A DNA stretch of 64,000 bases, from IMG/VR virus record IMGVR_UViG_3300010383_000010, positions 241 through 64,240 of that record. One strand, written 5' to 3'. Positions within the stretch are counted from its first letter, which is position 1. Each line of letters starts with the position of its first letter. Of this stretch, positions 8,356 to 15,874 are shown piece by piece. The stretch comes from a virus. The translations under genes were made by a program, and so were the position numbers. A model generated the notes under the pieces. That model ran no database searches, had not been told where the DNA came from, and saw only the letters and a list, made by a program, of their open reading frames with translations.

Positions 8356-8783
8356 TCCACCTCCAACGCAGGCCGCTCCGCCCGCTTATCCCCATCGCCA
8401 GAAACAGGCGGCTCGCCGTCATAAGCAACGCCGCCCTCTTCGCCCACAACCGCGCTAACCGCGCCGCCTTGCGCGCCAATGTCGAGCGCGCCTTGCAGGC
8501 CGTTCGCGTCGCTTTCGGTGTACGGCATCGTATAGTACACGGCAGGCCCGTCACCCTTGAGCAGCACGCGGATAGCCACCCCGACTTCGATGTCTGCACC
8601 GAGCACCGCATAGTGTCCCGCAGGCGGCGCGGTGAATCGTGGCTGGCCCGTTGGGATGTATACGGCTAGCGCAGCCAATACGGCCATTGTAGGCAAAGCC
8701 AGGATATGCCTGTAACCAATCCATGCGTAGACGCAAAGTGCCAGGCATAGGGAAAGCCAGACGGTTGCGACGGTGATGGTCAT
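8352..8783 (-). CDS. Membrane protein (2 N-terminal TM segments), probable partner of the TolQ/ExbD-like pair
   Basis: Hydrophobic N-terminus then TGQP...AIRVLL...PAVYYTMPY soluble domain. Confidence 0.65.
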   Translation of the reverse strand: MTITVATVWLSLCLALCVYAWIGYRHILALPTMAVLAALAVYIPTGQPRFTAPPAGHYAVLGADIEVGVAIRVLLKGDGPAVYYTMPYTESDANGLQGALDIGAQGGAVSAVVGEEGGVAYDGEPPVSGDGDKRAERPALEVE

Positions 8784-8998
8784 GGAGAAACGCCCGAGAT
8801 TAGAAAAAACACGACTGCGCCGGCAAAAACAGAACCGAGATACATCCCCACTACGATCGGAAACGCAGCCATCCATGCGGCGTTTCCCCACCAACAGTAA
8901 CCAGTTGTCACATCTAGCCACCAATTCGTAATCAGCGTGGCGATGAAAAAGCACGCTGACACAACAGCTACGGCAGCAACAACCCCAAGCACAATCAT
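8780..8998 (-). CDS. Small 2-TM membrane protein
   Basis: Two hydrophobic stretches; GGAGG RBS. Confidence 0.65.
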   Translation of the reverse strand: MIVLGVVAAVAVVSACFFIATLITNWWLDVTTGYCWWGNAAWMAAFPIVVGMYLGSVFAGAVVFFLISGVSP

Positions 8999-9144
8999 TG
9001 CGTATCCTCCTTGACGCTCTCTCTAATTAGTGCCGCCAGATACCGCGCCTTTGCAGCCTGATACGCCACCGCGTAATACTGCGCTTCGGCTTCAAGACGG
9101 CGTAGGTTGCGGGCGCAGAGCCATGCTTTGAAGCGGGTGATCAT
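8995..9144 (-). CDS. Small hypothetical protein (49 aa)
   Basis: ATGA overlaps. Confidence 0.5.
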   Translation of the reverse strand: MITRFKAWLCARNLRRLEAEAQYYAVAYQAAKARYLAALIRESVKEDTQ

Positions 9145-9320
9145 GGAAGCTTGCCAAGGTGCTTGACAACGCGGCGCGCGCGAGCACGGGCGCACGCCTC
9201 CGCCTTCTCAATGGTATTGTGCGTGTTAGTCGACCCCTGCACCCAAAACGGCCACCACCAACGCCAAGACTGCACCTCGTAGCCGGAGTATTCGTCCGTC
9301 ACAATTCGATAGTACGCCAT
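9141..9320 (-). CDS. Small Trp-rich protein (59 aa, below ORF-track cutoff)
   Basis: GGAGG RBS; MAYYRIVTDEYSGYEVQSWRWWWPFWVQG...KHLGKLP. Confidence 0.6.
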   Translation of the reverse strand: MAYYRIVTDEYSGYEVQSWRWWWPFWVQGSTNTHNTIEKAEACARARARRVVKHLGKLP

Positions 9321-9329
9321 TCTAGCCTC

Positions 9330-9902
9330 CTACTTCTTATCCGACCGCAAAGGCCGATAAACCTCGTCACCACCCGTAACAACGCCCGCCGCGTCCAACC
9401 GCCACGCCTTCACGGTGCGCTCTTGCTTTGGCTGCAACACCACCTCGCGCTTAACCAGCAGGCGCCCGTTTAGCGCAATTTCGACCTGCACAGTCGTCGG
9501 CCCGGTACACGAATAGCAGTGGACATTTGCGACATACTCGCCGGCTGGCGTTGCTCGCGCAAAGGCGCTCTCGCAGTTTATCGGCGTTTCATCCAGCGCC
9601 GTGCCCAAGTCATCGCGCAGCAGGCTCCACACCTTGCCAGACTTGCGGCTGTAGCCAACTGGCTTGTCGTTCGGCGCGCCAAGCCACAAATCTACGTCGA
9701 TCGCGCCCTCCGGCCAGCAAGCAAGCACAGCAATGTTGCCGGGCGGAGGTATGTTTGGGTCGGCCGATGCTGGCGGGTTGATTTGGGGAAGCGCCAGGAA
9801 CACGAATGCCGACTGCACAAACGTCAGCACAAGCAGCACGTCCACAAACGCCCATAGCCACGGGTTACTGTGTCCTTTACCCTGCTGGCCACCGCTACGC
9901 AT
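9330..9902 (-). CDS. ExbD/MotB-like single-TM protein with periplasmic beta-sandwich domain
   Basis: TM PWLWAFVDVLLVLTFV with the conserved Asp; WPEGAIDVDLWL and GEYVANVH motifs; directly downstream of the TolQ-like gene. Confidence 0.7.
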   Translation of the reverse strand: MRSGGQQGKGHSNPWLWAFVDVLLVLTFVQSAFVFLALPQINPPASADPNIPPPGNIAVLACWPEGAIDVDLWLGAPNDKPVGYSRKSGKVWSLLRDDLGTALDETPINCESAFARATPAGEYVANVHCYSCTGPTTVQVEIALNGRLLVKREVVLQPKQERTVKAWRLDAAGVVTGGDEVYRPLRSDKK

Positions 9903-10401
9903 GGCTAAGCCGATCGATGGCAGTCGCCAAGATGCGCAGGTTGACCATCGTCCAGATTGCCAGCGACAGGCCGACAATGGTTGAGCCGAATGCCGTGCCA
10001 CTACCGGCAAGCAACTGCGCACCTGCGGCCCGCATGCCTTCCGGCGTCGTCAGCGCGGACGTATCGATGCCGCCAAAGGCAGAGAGGAACCCGATAGCGT
10101 TGCCGACGATTCCCAGGATGAACAGGCCGGCAAGTAGGTCGTGGAGATGGGCGGTGTTGCGCAGGAGCATGGCACGATAGTCTTGCCGAGTTTCATTTAG
10201 GCAAGCGTAATCCGCCTCATCAGCCCCGCGCCCATACCAGAAAGTAGCCGCCAATCCGTATGCAAACACAGCCGCAATAACCAGCGTCATGTGCGCGCCG
10301 TCTGCGGCTGGCAGCCGGGCTATGTGGCCCTGCCATGCCGCCCACGCGACAACGCAGGCGCCGGCCGTGTTGGCGATGAAGAGTCTGGCCGTGGTGGTCA
10401 T
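9895..10401 (-). CDS. MotA/TolQ/ExbB proton-channel family protein
   Basis: LFILGIVGNAIGFLSAF and LAGSGTAFGSTIVGL match the two conserved TM helices. Confidence 0.82.
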   Translation of the reverse strand: MTTTARLFIANTAGACVVAWAAWQGHIARLPAADGAHMTLVIAAVFAYGLAATFWYGRGADEADYACLNETRQDYRAMLLRNTAHLHDLLAGLFILGIVGNAIGFLSAFGGIDTSALTTPEGMRAAGAQLLAGSGTAFGSTIVGLSLAIWTMVNLRILATAIDRLSHA

Positions 10402-10592
10402 TTCGTCACCGCAGGAACACAGACGAAAGCCACACCGGAGAGCGGGACGTTCATTGAGCGCCCGGCTTCGTCTTGCCGTACATATCCAACCATCTGCTGG
10501 CCACCCTGAATGCAGGCGTCTTTGTTGGGATACTGATACGGCACCACGGCAATGCCGGCGTTCATCGCAATCACAAGCAACCAAGTCATCAC
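10398..10592 (-). CDS. Small secreted protein with two Cys
   Basis: Signal-like MMTWLLVIAM; DAC...FVCVP. Confidence 0.65.
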   Translation of the reverse strand: MMTWLLVIAMNAGIAVVPYQYPNKDACIQGGQQMVGYVRQDEAGRSMNVPLSGVAFVCVPAVTK

Positions 10593-10993
10593 GCCGCCTC
10601 CTTCTTATCCGCCGCCGCGTTCTCTTCCAGAACCTCGGCAAGCTGATTGAAGAGGTGCGCGGCCTCGCGGAGTTGGTCGGCGTTGGTGTAGCCGTAGTCG
10701 ATGCTAATACCGACGCGCCGATTGGTTCCACCCATGCCGTCTACCTTCGCAATTCCATACACGCCCGGCACAATCTCGCGGCGCGTGATGGTGCGGATTG
10801 GGGAGGCTGACGGCGACTTAACCAACTCCAGCGCACTATTTGGCATCCATGTGTCGGTCTCGACAAAATATGGTTCGTCGTCACTTGTGCGCTTATCCGC
10901 GACGGTGACTTCGGTAGCGCCGTTGCTAAACGTGCCGCCGCCTACCAACCGCACCCTATCCCCAACCTTAAACTTGCTCTTATTCGCACCCAT
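10589..10993 (-). CDS. Hypothetical protein with KOW/SH3-like N-terminus
   Basis: KFKVGDRVRL. Confidence 0.7.
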   Translation of the reverse strand: MGANKSKFKVGDRVRLVGGGTFSNGATEVTVADKRTSDDEPYFVETDTWMPNSALELVKSPSASPIRTITRREIVPGVYGIAKVDGMGGTNRRVGISIDYGYTNADQLREAAHLFNQLAEVLEENAAADKKEAA

Positions 10994-10995
10994 CT

Positions 10996-11661
10996 TCACG
11001 CCCTCCCCATCAGTGAACAAATCGCATCGCCCGGCACAACGTATGCCAGCCCCGTCTGCGACAAGTCGTAATCCATTCTCTTTGCCGGGTTGTCAGCCTG
11101 CCCAACAACGCCAAGCTGCCCGCCGACAACGATGCCGACAACATCGCCGTACCTGTCGAACACGCCGCCTCCGCTAATGCCGCCCGTCATGTTTAGCGAC
11201 GCGACAACCACGGACTCCCACGGATTGCTCTTGCGTTCCGCGCCGGCAACAGCGCCCGGTATGTAAAGATTATCCTCTTGTCCCGGCGAACCCGCAGCCG
11301 TAATGGTTTCACCTACAGCCGGTGCGCGGCAGGACAAATGCGCCGCCGTCATATCCTCACCGCGCACCGGCTTCAGCGCCGCAACGTCGTACTTGGTGTT
11401 AACCCACAACACGTCGGCAAACTGCACCGTGCCATTGTCGAGCTTAAGCGTGACTGTCTGCTGGCCGTACCCGACATGGCCAGCCGTAAGCACGATGCCA
11501 TTGCCGATATAAACGCCGCTGCCATGTCCGCCGTCGAACAGGTCCACACGCACAACGCTACCAGCCTTCTCGCCGGCCACACTGCCCGTTTTTGTCGTAT
11601 CAACATTACTGGCGCAGCCGGCAAGCAATGCCGCTGTCGCAATCGCTAAAAGCGTGCGCAT
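10996..11661 (-). CDS. Lipoprotein trypsin-like serine protease (S1)
   Basis: Lipobox LLAGC; catalytic triad TAGHV, YDVAAL, GISGGGV. Confidence 0.88.
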   Translation of the reverse strand: MRTLLAIATAALLAGCASNVDTTKTGSVAGEKAGSVVRVDLFDGGHGSGVYIGNGIVLTAGHVGYGQQTVTLKLDNGTVQFADVLWVNTKYDVAALKPVRGEDMTAAHLSCRAPAVGETITAAGSPGQEDNLYIPGAVAGAERKSNPWESVVVASLNMTGGISGGGVFDRYGDVVGIVVGGQLGVVGQADNPAKRMDYDLSQTGLAYVVPGDAICSLMGRA

Positions 11662-11798
11662 AATAGCTCCTAAGTGGGGAGCGCCCCCGGTTGTGTGCGG
11701 CAGTTGGCGCTGACGCACAAGGTTCTGTAGCAACCCTATTCGGTACTTCGGTGGTGGGGGGCGTCAAGCGGAAAATGCGCCACTGAATAGCGGGCAAC

Positions 11799-11832
11799 AA
11801 AAAAGCCCCCGAACCTTGCGGAACGGGGGCTT
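11799..11832 (-). terminator. Terminator at end of lysis operon
   Basis: AAGCCCCCG/CGGGGGCTT stem with A-run on left. Confidence 0.75.
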
Positions 11833-11839
11833 GTCGGGA

Positions 11840-12124
11840 TTAGGAGCGTCGGGCGGGAGTTTTGGATTCGTAAAGACGGTCCAGACGGTCATTAACGCCG
11901 TCGAGTCGAGCATCGAGGCGACTGCCGACTCCCTCGATTGCCTTCATCAAGGATGCCGTTTGCTCCTGCATTCCGGCTTTCGTGACGTAGGTTTCCGCCG
12001 TGTGCAAACGGTGCGCCGCAAGCTCGTCCTTCACGCTCGCCACTAGTGACGAAAACCGCCAGTAGGCACCGCCGACCGCGCCGGCAATAGCGAGGACCAG
12101 GTAAACCATCTGTTCCGCGCTCAC
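11840..12124 (-). CDS. Single-TM coiled-coil lysis-module protein
   Basis: N-terminal TM then coiled coil; last gene of lysis cluster. Confidence 0.65.
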   Translation of the reverse strand: MSAEQMVYLVLAIAGAVGGAYWRFSSLVASVKDELAAHRLHTAETYVTKAGMQEQTASLMKAIEGVGSRLDARLDGVNDRLDRLYESKTPARRS

Positions 12125-12531
12125 TTGCGCCCCCGTATGGCCGTAGCGACCAACTGCGCGCCGGCCACGCCACCGCCCACATAGAAGATGTTCTGAAACA
12201 CGATGTCTGCGTACTCTTTCAGTTGCGGCGGCAGGGCGGCGACGTCGGGAAGCGCACCGCCAAAAGCGGAGTCCATCATGCCCCAGCCGTACCAGATTGC
12301 GGTCGGAACTGCGGCCAGCATCCACGGGATCCAGAACGCTTTGTGCTGCATACCGGCGGTTACGACGCTTGCCGCGGTGGCGCGTTCCTGCACGGCCGCC
12401 TCAAGCTGCTTTACGACGGCATCCGCTACTAGCTTCTTTTCGTCGGTGTCCGCGGCGAGCCGTGCTTTGTAGGCGGCGGTAAGCTGGCCGACCAAATCGC
12501 CGGTTATCCAGCGGACGACGGCGGCCCACAT
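12121..12531 (-). CDS. Putative holin (3TM-holin-like)
   Basis: Helical N-terminus and C-terminal TM segments; downstream of endolysin. Confidence 0.6.
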   Translation of the reverse strand: MWAAVVRWITGDLVGQLTAAYKARLAADTDEKKLVADAVVKQLEAAVQERATAASVVTAGMQHKAFWIPWMLAAVPTAIWYGWGMMDSAFGGALPDVAALPPQLKEYADIVFQNIFYVGGGVAGAQLVATAIRGRK

Positions 12532-12777
12532 TTACTTGCCGCCGGCCGGCTTAGCGAGGTCCGTGGCGCGATGCCTGCGGGCGCACTCCAGCACAACACC
12601 AAAGCCGATCAGAAACAACGGGAACCACTTCGCGCCGATAAGCGCTGCGAATGCCTGCGGATCGGTGGTATCGAGCACCTGCAGCACCGCACCGCCAAAA
12701 GCGGAAAGCCGCGCCAGAAAGATGGTTTCGGAGTCGTGGAACCAGGATTTGATTTTAGTCCAAAGGGTAGCCAGCAT
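12532..12777 (-). CDS. 2-TM membrane protein, putative holin/antiholin
   Basis: Two hydrophobic segments; immediately after endolysin. Confidence 0.6.
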   Translation of the reverse strand: MLATLWTKIKSWFHDSETIFLARLSAFGGAVLQVLDTTDPQAFAALIGAKWFPLFLIGFGVVLECARRHRATDLAKPAGGK

Positions 12778-12779
12778 GA

Positions 12780-13397
12780 TTATGCAGCCTTCTTGAAAAT
12801 GCCGAGGATGGCGCGCAAGAGCGCGGCCAGCCAATTCGGGTTGTTGTCGTTTGCGGCGGGCGTCGGCTCGCGGCTAGACCAGTCAGCGGGAGGCGGCGGA
12901 GGCTGCGACGCCGCGCCGTAGCCTTCCGCTTTCAGGCTGGCGTCATAGTCGCGCGCGATGGCCGCGATAGACGCAGCCTTGTCCGTGCCATTGATAATGC
13001 GCCGGGCGCCCGCAAAATCGCTCGCCTGAAGCGTGATATAGTCGGCCAGTTTCTTGCCGGTGAACCAGCCTTCTGCCATGCCGTCGACAAGGATCGGCGC
13101 GGCGTACTTCGGCTGCAGCAAAAGCTTCGGGTTGGCCACGAAATCTACGCCAAGCTTCTTGCTGGCCTTCTCGTAGTTGGCTTTCCACGTCAACTGGACG
13201 TAGCCCATACCGACATACGGATAGTACGCCTTGCTGCGCAGATACGTCTCGCCGCCGTATTCGCGCACCGGTTTCATGGTGCGGGCCGTTTCCCAATAGG
13301 CAGTGGCCAGCACATATGCCGCCTGATTGCGCAGCAATCCAGCGGCCTTGCACGTATCGATAATGAGGCGGGTGTCGCCAAGATTCAGGTTTGGCAT
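12780..13397 (-). CDS. Endolysin, GH19-like lysozyme
   Basis: AYVLATAYWET, GMGYVQLTWKANY, ARRIINGTD. Confidence 0.88.
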   Translation of the reverse strand: MPNLNLGDTRLIIDTCKAAGLLRNQAAYVLATAYWETARTMKPVREYGGETYLRSKAYYPYVGMGYVQLTWKANYEKASKKLGVDFVANPKLLLQPKYAAPILVDGMAEGWFTGKKLADYITLQASDFAGARRIINGTDKAASIAAIARDYDASLKAEGYGAASQPPPPPADWSSREPTPAANDNNPNWLAALLRAILGIFKKAA

Positions 13398-13416
13398 TGG
13401 TTTTCCTTTCGCGAGC

Positions 13417-13635
13417 CTACTCGCCCAGCCGGTCTGCACCCGCCGTTCCCCGCCTCACCCACCGCGCAAGCTCAATCGCGCAGTGGTTCGGCTCGACTAG
13501 CCGGTTCATCAGCCGACAGAATTTGCAGCCAGCGCCGTGGCTGGCCGCTATGCGGGCGCAAAGCGTTTGGCCCGGCTGCCCGCCGGACAGCCGGTTGAAG
13601 AGCCGCGACAGGCGGCCCAAGCGTGTGGTTTGCAT
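13417..13635 (-). CDS. Small Cys-containing hypothetical protein
   Basis: N..GGQPGQTLCARI..C..C..HC pattern seen near phage lysis genes. Confidence 0.6.
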   Translation of the reverse strand: MQTTRLGRLSRLFNRLSGGQPGQTLCARIAASHGAGCKFCRLMNRLVEPNHCAIELARWVRRGTAGADRLGE

Positions 13636-13640
13636 GTATG

Positions 13641-13670
13641 TTGCCTAGTCGGCCGGATGCGGCGTATGAT
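13641..13670 (+). promoter_or_regulatory. Putative sigma70 promoter
   Basis: TTGCCT-N18-TATGAT. Confidence 0.45.
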
Positions 13671-13675
13671 TGCTG

Positions 13676-13728
13676 GGCTAGTGGTAAACCTTGCCCGGTC
13701 GCCAACTCCCCCGGTGGCCGGGCTTTTT
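13676..13728 (+). ncRNA. Candidate small RNA or attenuator with CU-rich loop
   Basis: 11-bp stem GCCCGGTCGCC/GGTGGCCGGGC, loop AACTCCCCC, then TTTTT, about 20 nt after the promoter. Confidence 0.4.
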
Positions 13729-13831
13729 GAAAGCGCGTAGGAATTGGGTTGCGACCCAAACCTCAATGCCTGTATTCACGATGAACAAATTCGAGTACGG
13801 TCCCCTCGCATCTGGAAAGAAGGATTAACTG

Positions 13832-14059
13832 ATGGAACGCCTCGAAAATGTGCTTCTTGCATCCGGACTTCTTTGCGGCATTGTTGGAATAATCGGTCTC
13901 GCGGCCGGAGCGGTGATTTCATGGATTACCGGGTTCGGCTCCGTTGCCATCCTTGGCGGCGTTATCGCCATGATCGGCGTTGTGCTGTGCGGTGGTGGCT
14001 TGCTCGTTGGCTTGGGACCATCGTTGATCAGGGTTCTTAGGGACAGGCCAATTTCCTGA
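13832..14059 (+). CDS. 2-TM membrane protein (moron)
   Basis: Strongly hydrophobic, GAAGGA RBS, opposite strand to late genes. Confidence 0.7.
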   Translation: MERLENVLLASGLLCGIVGIIGLAAGAVISWITGFGSVAILGGVIAMIGVVLCGGGLLVGLGPSLIRVLRDRPIS

Positions 14060-14128
14060 TCCTTATCATTTGCCAGAAATGCTGATCCCAAACGCGCCGT
14101 CGCGTGCGCTCACAAAGTCGAATATTTG

Positions 14129-14269
14129 ATGCGGCATCGCCGTCTGAAAGGCGCGCGCGAGGTTGCGTACTTTCTGTGTGAAGCAGTGTGCTACGCCATA
14201 ATCTGGTGCATGGTGGGGTATATCGTCTTCGACCTGTGGCGACTTATCGCTCGCCTATATAAGCCATAA
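14129..14269 (+). CDS. Small single-TM protein (46 aa)
   Basis: MRHRRLKGAREVAYFLCEAVCYAIIWCMVGYIVFDLWRLIARLYKP; weak RBS. Confidence 0.35.
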   Translation: MRHRRLKGAREVAYFLCEAVCYAIIWCMVGYIVFDLWRLIARLYKP

Positions 14270-14289
14270 AACTCAGCCACTTGGTGCCC

Positions 14290-15747
14290 ATGAAAACGAT
14301 CGTGTCGGACGTGCTAACAGCCTTGTCTCATCGCATGGTTTTAACCGCATGGGCGGGTATCGCGACCCTGCTCACCGTCGTTTTTCCGTTGGTTTATTCA
14401 TTTCGCAATCACGACAACACGCCAGTTTATCTCGGGCTCGCACTCGCCTCGCTGATCTTGTTCATCGCTGTCGCGGTTTTTGTTGCTGAGGTCGTGCGCC
14501 GCCGCGCCGGCGCCCCTACAGTGCAGCACCCCATTGGCCCTTCCGTCCCAGTTGCACTGTTTATTTCCGGCCTCGCGACATATGCCGTGCTTTTTTTGTA
14601 TTTTACGATCAAGAACGATCTGTTCTTTCGACGCATAGGTTTCGAAGGCCTCGTCGAGCGCAGCTTGGCAATGCCGGCATACGAGTTGATTGTTCACCGC
14701 TCCTTTATGGAAAACGCCACGACGCTTCTTTGCGCGACAATCGTAATACTCATGGCGGTTCGGCTTTCGACGGGAGTGCGCATCTATGCGATTGTCGTCT
14801 GGCTTATAACTTTCGCCATATATTCTTCTTTCGTGGTCACAAATAATCGCTTCCAGAGCGCTATCCTCTATCTCGGAATCTGCATTGCTCTCGGATACGC
14901 TTGGAGCTCCAGAAAGTGGCCAAAGGCCTATCTGCTGGTCGCAATCATCGCGGTCGTCGGCTTCTCTGCGTACAGCTTCCGCGTGACGGAAAATATGAGA
15001 GATGAAATCTCGATCGCTGGTTGCGTCAAAGTGACAGCTCTCGACCCTACCAAGACCCCGATGGAGATCATCAAAAGAGCATCCGGCAATCCGCACCTCT
15101 GCGGCGACGTCACCACCGAGATTATGACCGAGGTAAAGACCGCCGCCAAGGCGGGAGCGATCGGATCTTCAAATGGAGCAGTGGACGCAAACGCAGAGCG
15201 ATATGCTGCCGCTAAAAAGATCGTGGACCAGGAAGCGAGACCTTGGGATCGCCGTTTGAACAGCCTTGGCCTCGTGGCGGACATCACCCGTCCGGCCTTT
15301 TCCCGCGGCTTTGGCTACGGTTCGTTCTGGATTCAGCCGCTGAGCCTGTATTACTACTTCTTCGCCGATCGTGAAAAATATCGGGAGATGAAGCAGAGCC
15401 TTCGGACAAACCCCAAGGTCTATATTTCCAGTCGCTATCTCGACACCACAATCAAGGATACCCCATCGTCGATCCTCACAGACGCCTATGCCAATTTCTT
15501 CCTCGCTGGCTTCATCGTTGCCGGTGTTCTTATGGGTGCGATATTGGGCTGGACTGACGGGGTTCTCCGATCAACAACGAGTGCAGGCGCGGCAGTCTTG
15601 GCCTTCTTTCTGATGGAGAAGTCGCTCTACGCAGAAAAGGAGATGCTGACCTTGATCATCGATCTGCTCAAGTTCAGCCCTGTTCCAATTTTGTCGGCGA
15701 TCCTTCTTTGGCGCGTCCGCTTGAATAGAAACGAAGCTGGAGGTTGA
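14290..15747 (+). CDS. Polytopic membrane protein, Wzy/O-antigen polymerase-like
   Basis: About 10 TM segments, large periplasmic loop, TNNRFQ and SSILTDAYANFFLAGFIVAGVLMG motifs resembling Wzy. Confidence 0.6.
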   Translation: MKTIVSDVLTALSHRMVLTAWAGIATLLTVVFPLVYSFRNHDNTPVYLGLALASLILFIAVAVFVAEVVRRRAGAPTVQHPIGPSVPVALFISGLATYAVLFLYFTIKNDLFFRRIGFEGLVERSLAMPAYELIVHRSFMENATTLLCATIVILMAVRLSTGVRIYAIVVWLITFAIYSSFVVTNNRFQSAILYLGICIALGYAWSSRKWPKAYLLVAIIAVVGFSAYSFRVTENMRDEISIAGCVKVTALDPTKTPMEIIKRASGNPHLCGDVTTEIMTEVKTAAKAGAIGSSNGAVDANAERYAAAKKIVDQEARPWDRRLNSLGLVADITRPAFSRGFGYGSFWIQPLSLYYYFFADREKYREMKQSLRTNPKVYISSRYLDTTIKDTPSSILTDAYANFFLAGFIVAGVLMGAILGWTDGVLRSTTSAGAAVLAFFLMEKSLYAEKEMLTLIIDLLKFSPVPILSAILLWRVRLNRNEAGG

Positions 15748-15748
15748 T

Positions 15749-15874
15749 ATGCAGATGAAGGATGTGCTGAGAGCAACCGGGCAGTTCATTTTCTTCATGG
15801 CCTGGTTCGGTGTGGCCATGTGGGTCATCGGCTATGTGCCGATGGACCCGGCCAGCATTACCCCCATGCCTTGA
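15749..15874 (+). CDS. Small single-TM protein (41 aa)
   Basis: GGAGG RBS; MQMKDVLRATGQFIFFMAWFGVAMWVIGYVPMDPASITPMP. Confidence 0.5.
   Translation: MQMKDVLRATGQFIFFMAWFGVAMWVIGYVPMDPASITPMP

Noticed and set aside
9330-10401. Zorya defence system
   Set aside because: The TolQ-like protein lacks the long ZorA tail, the partner lacks an OmpA-like domain, and no zorC/D/E genes are present
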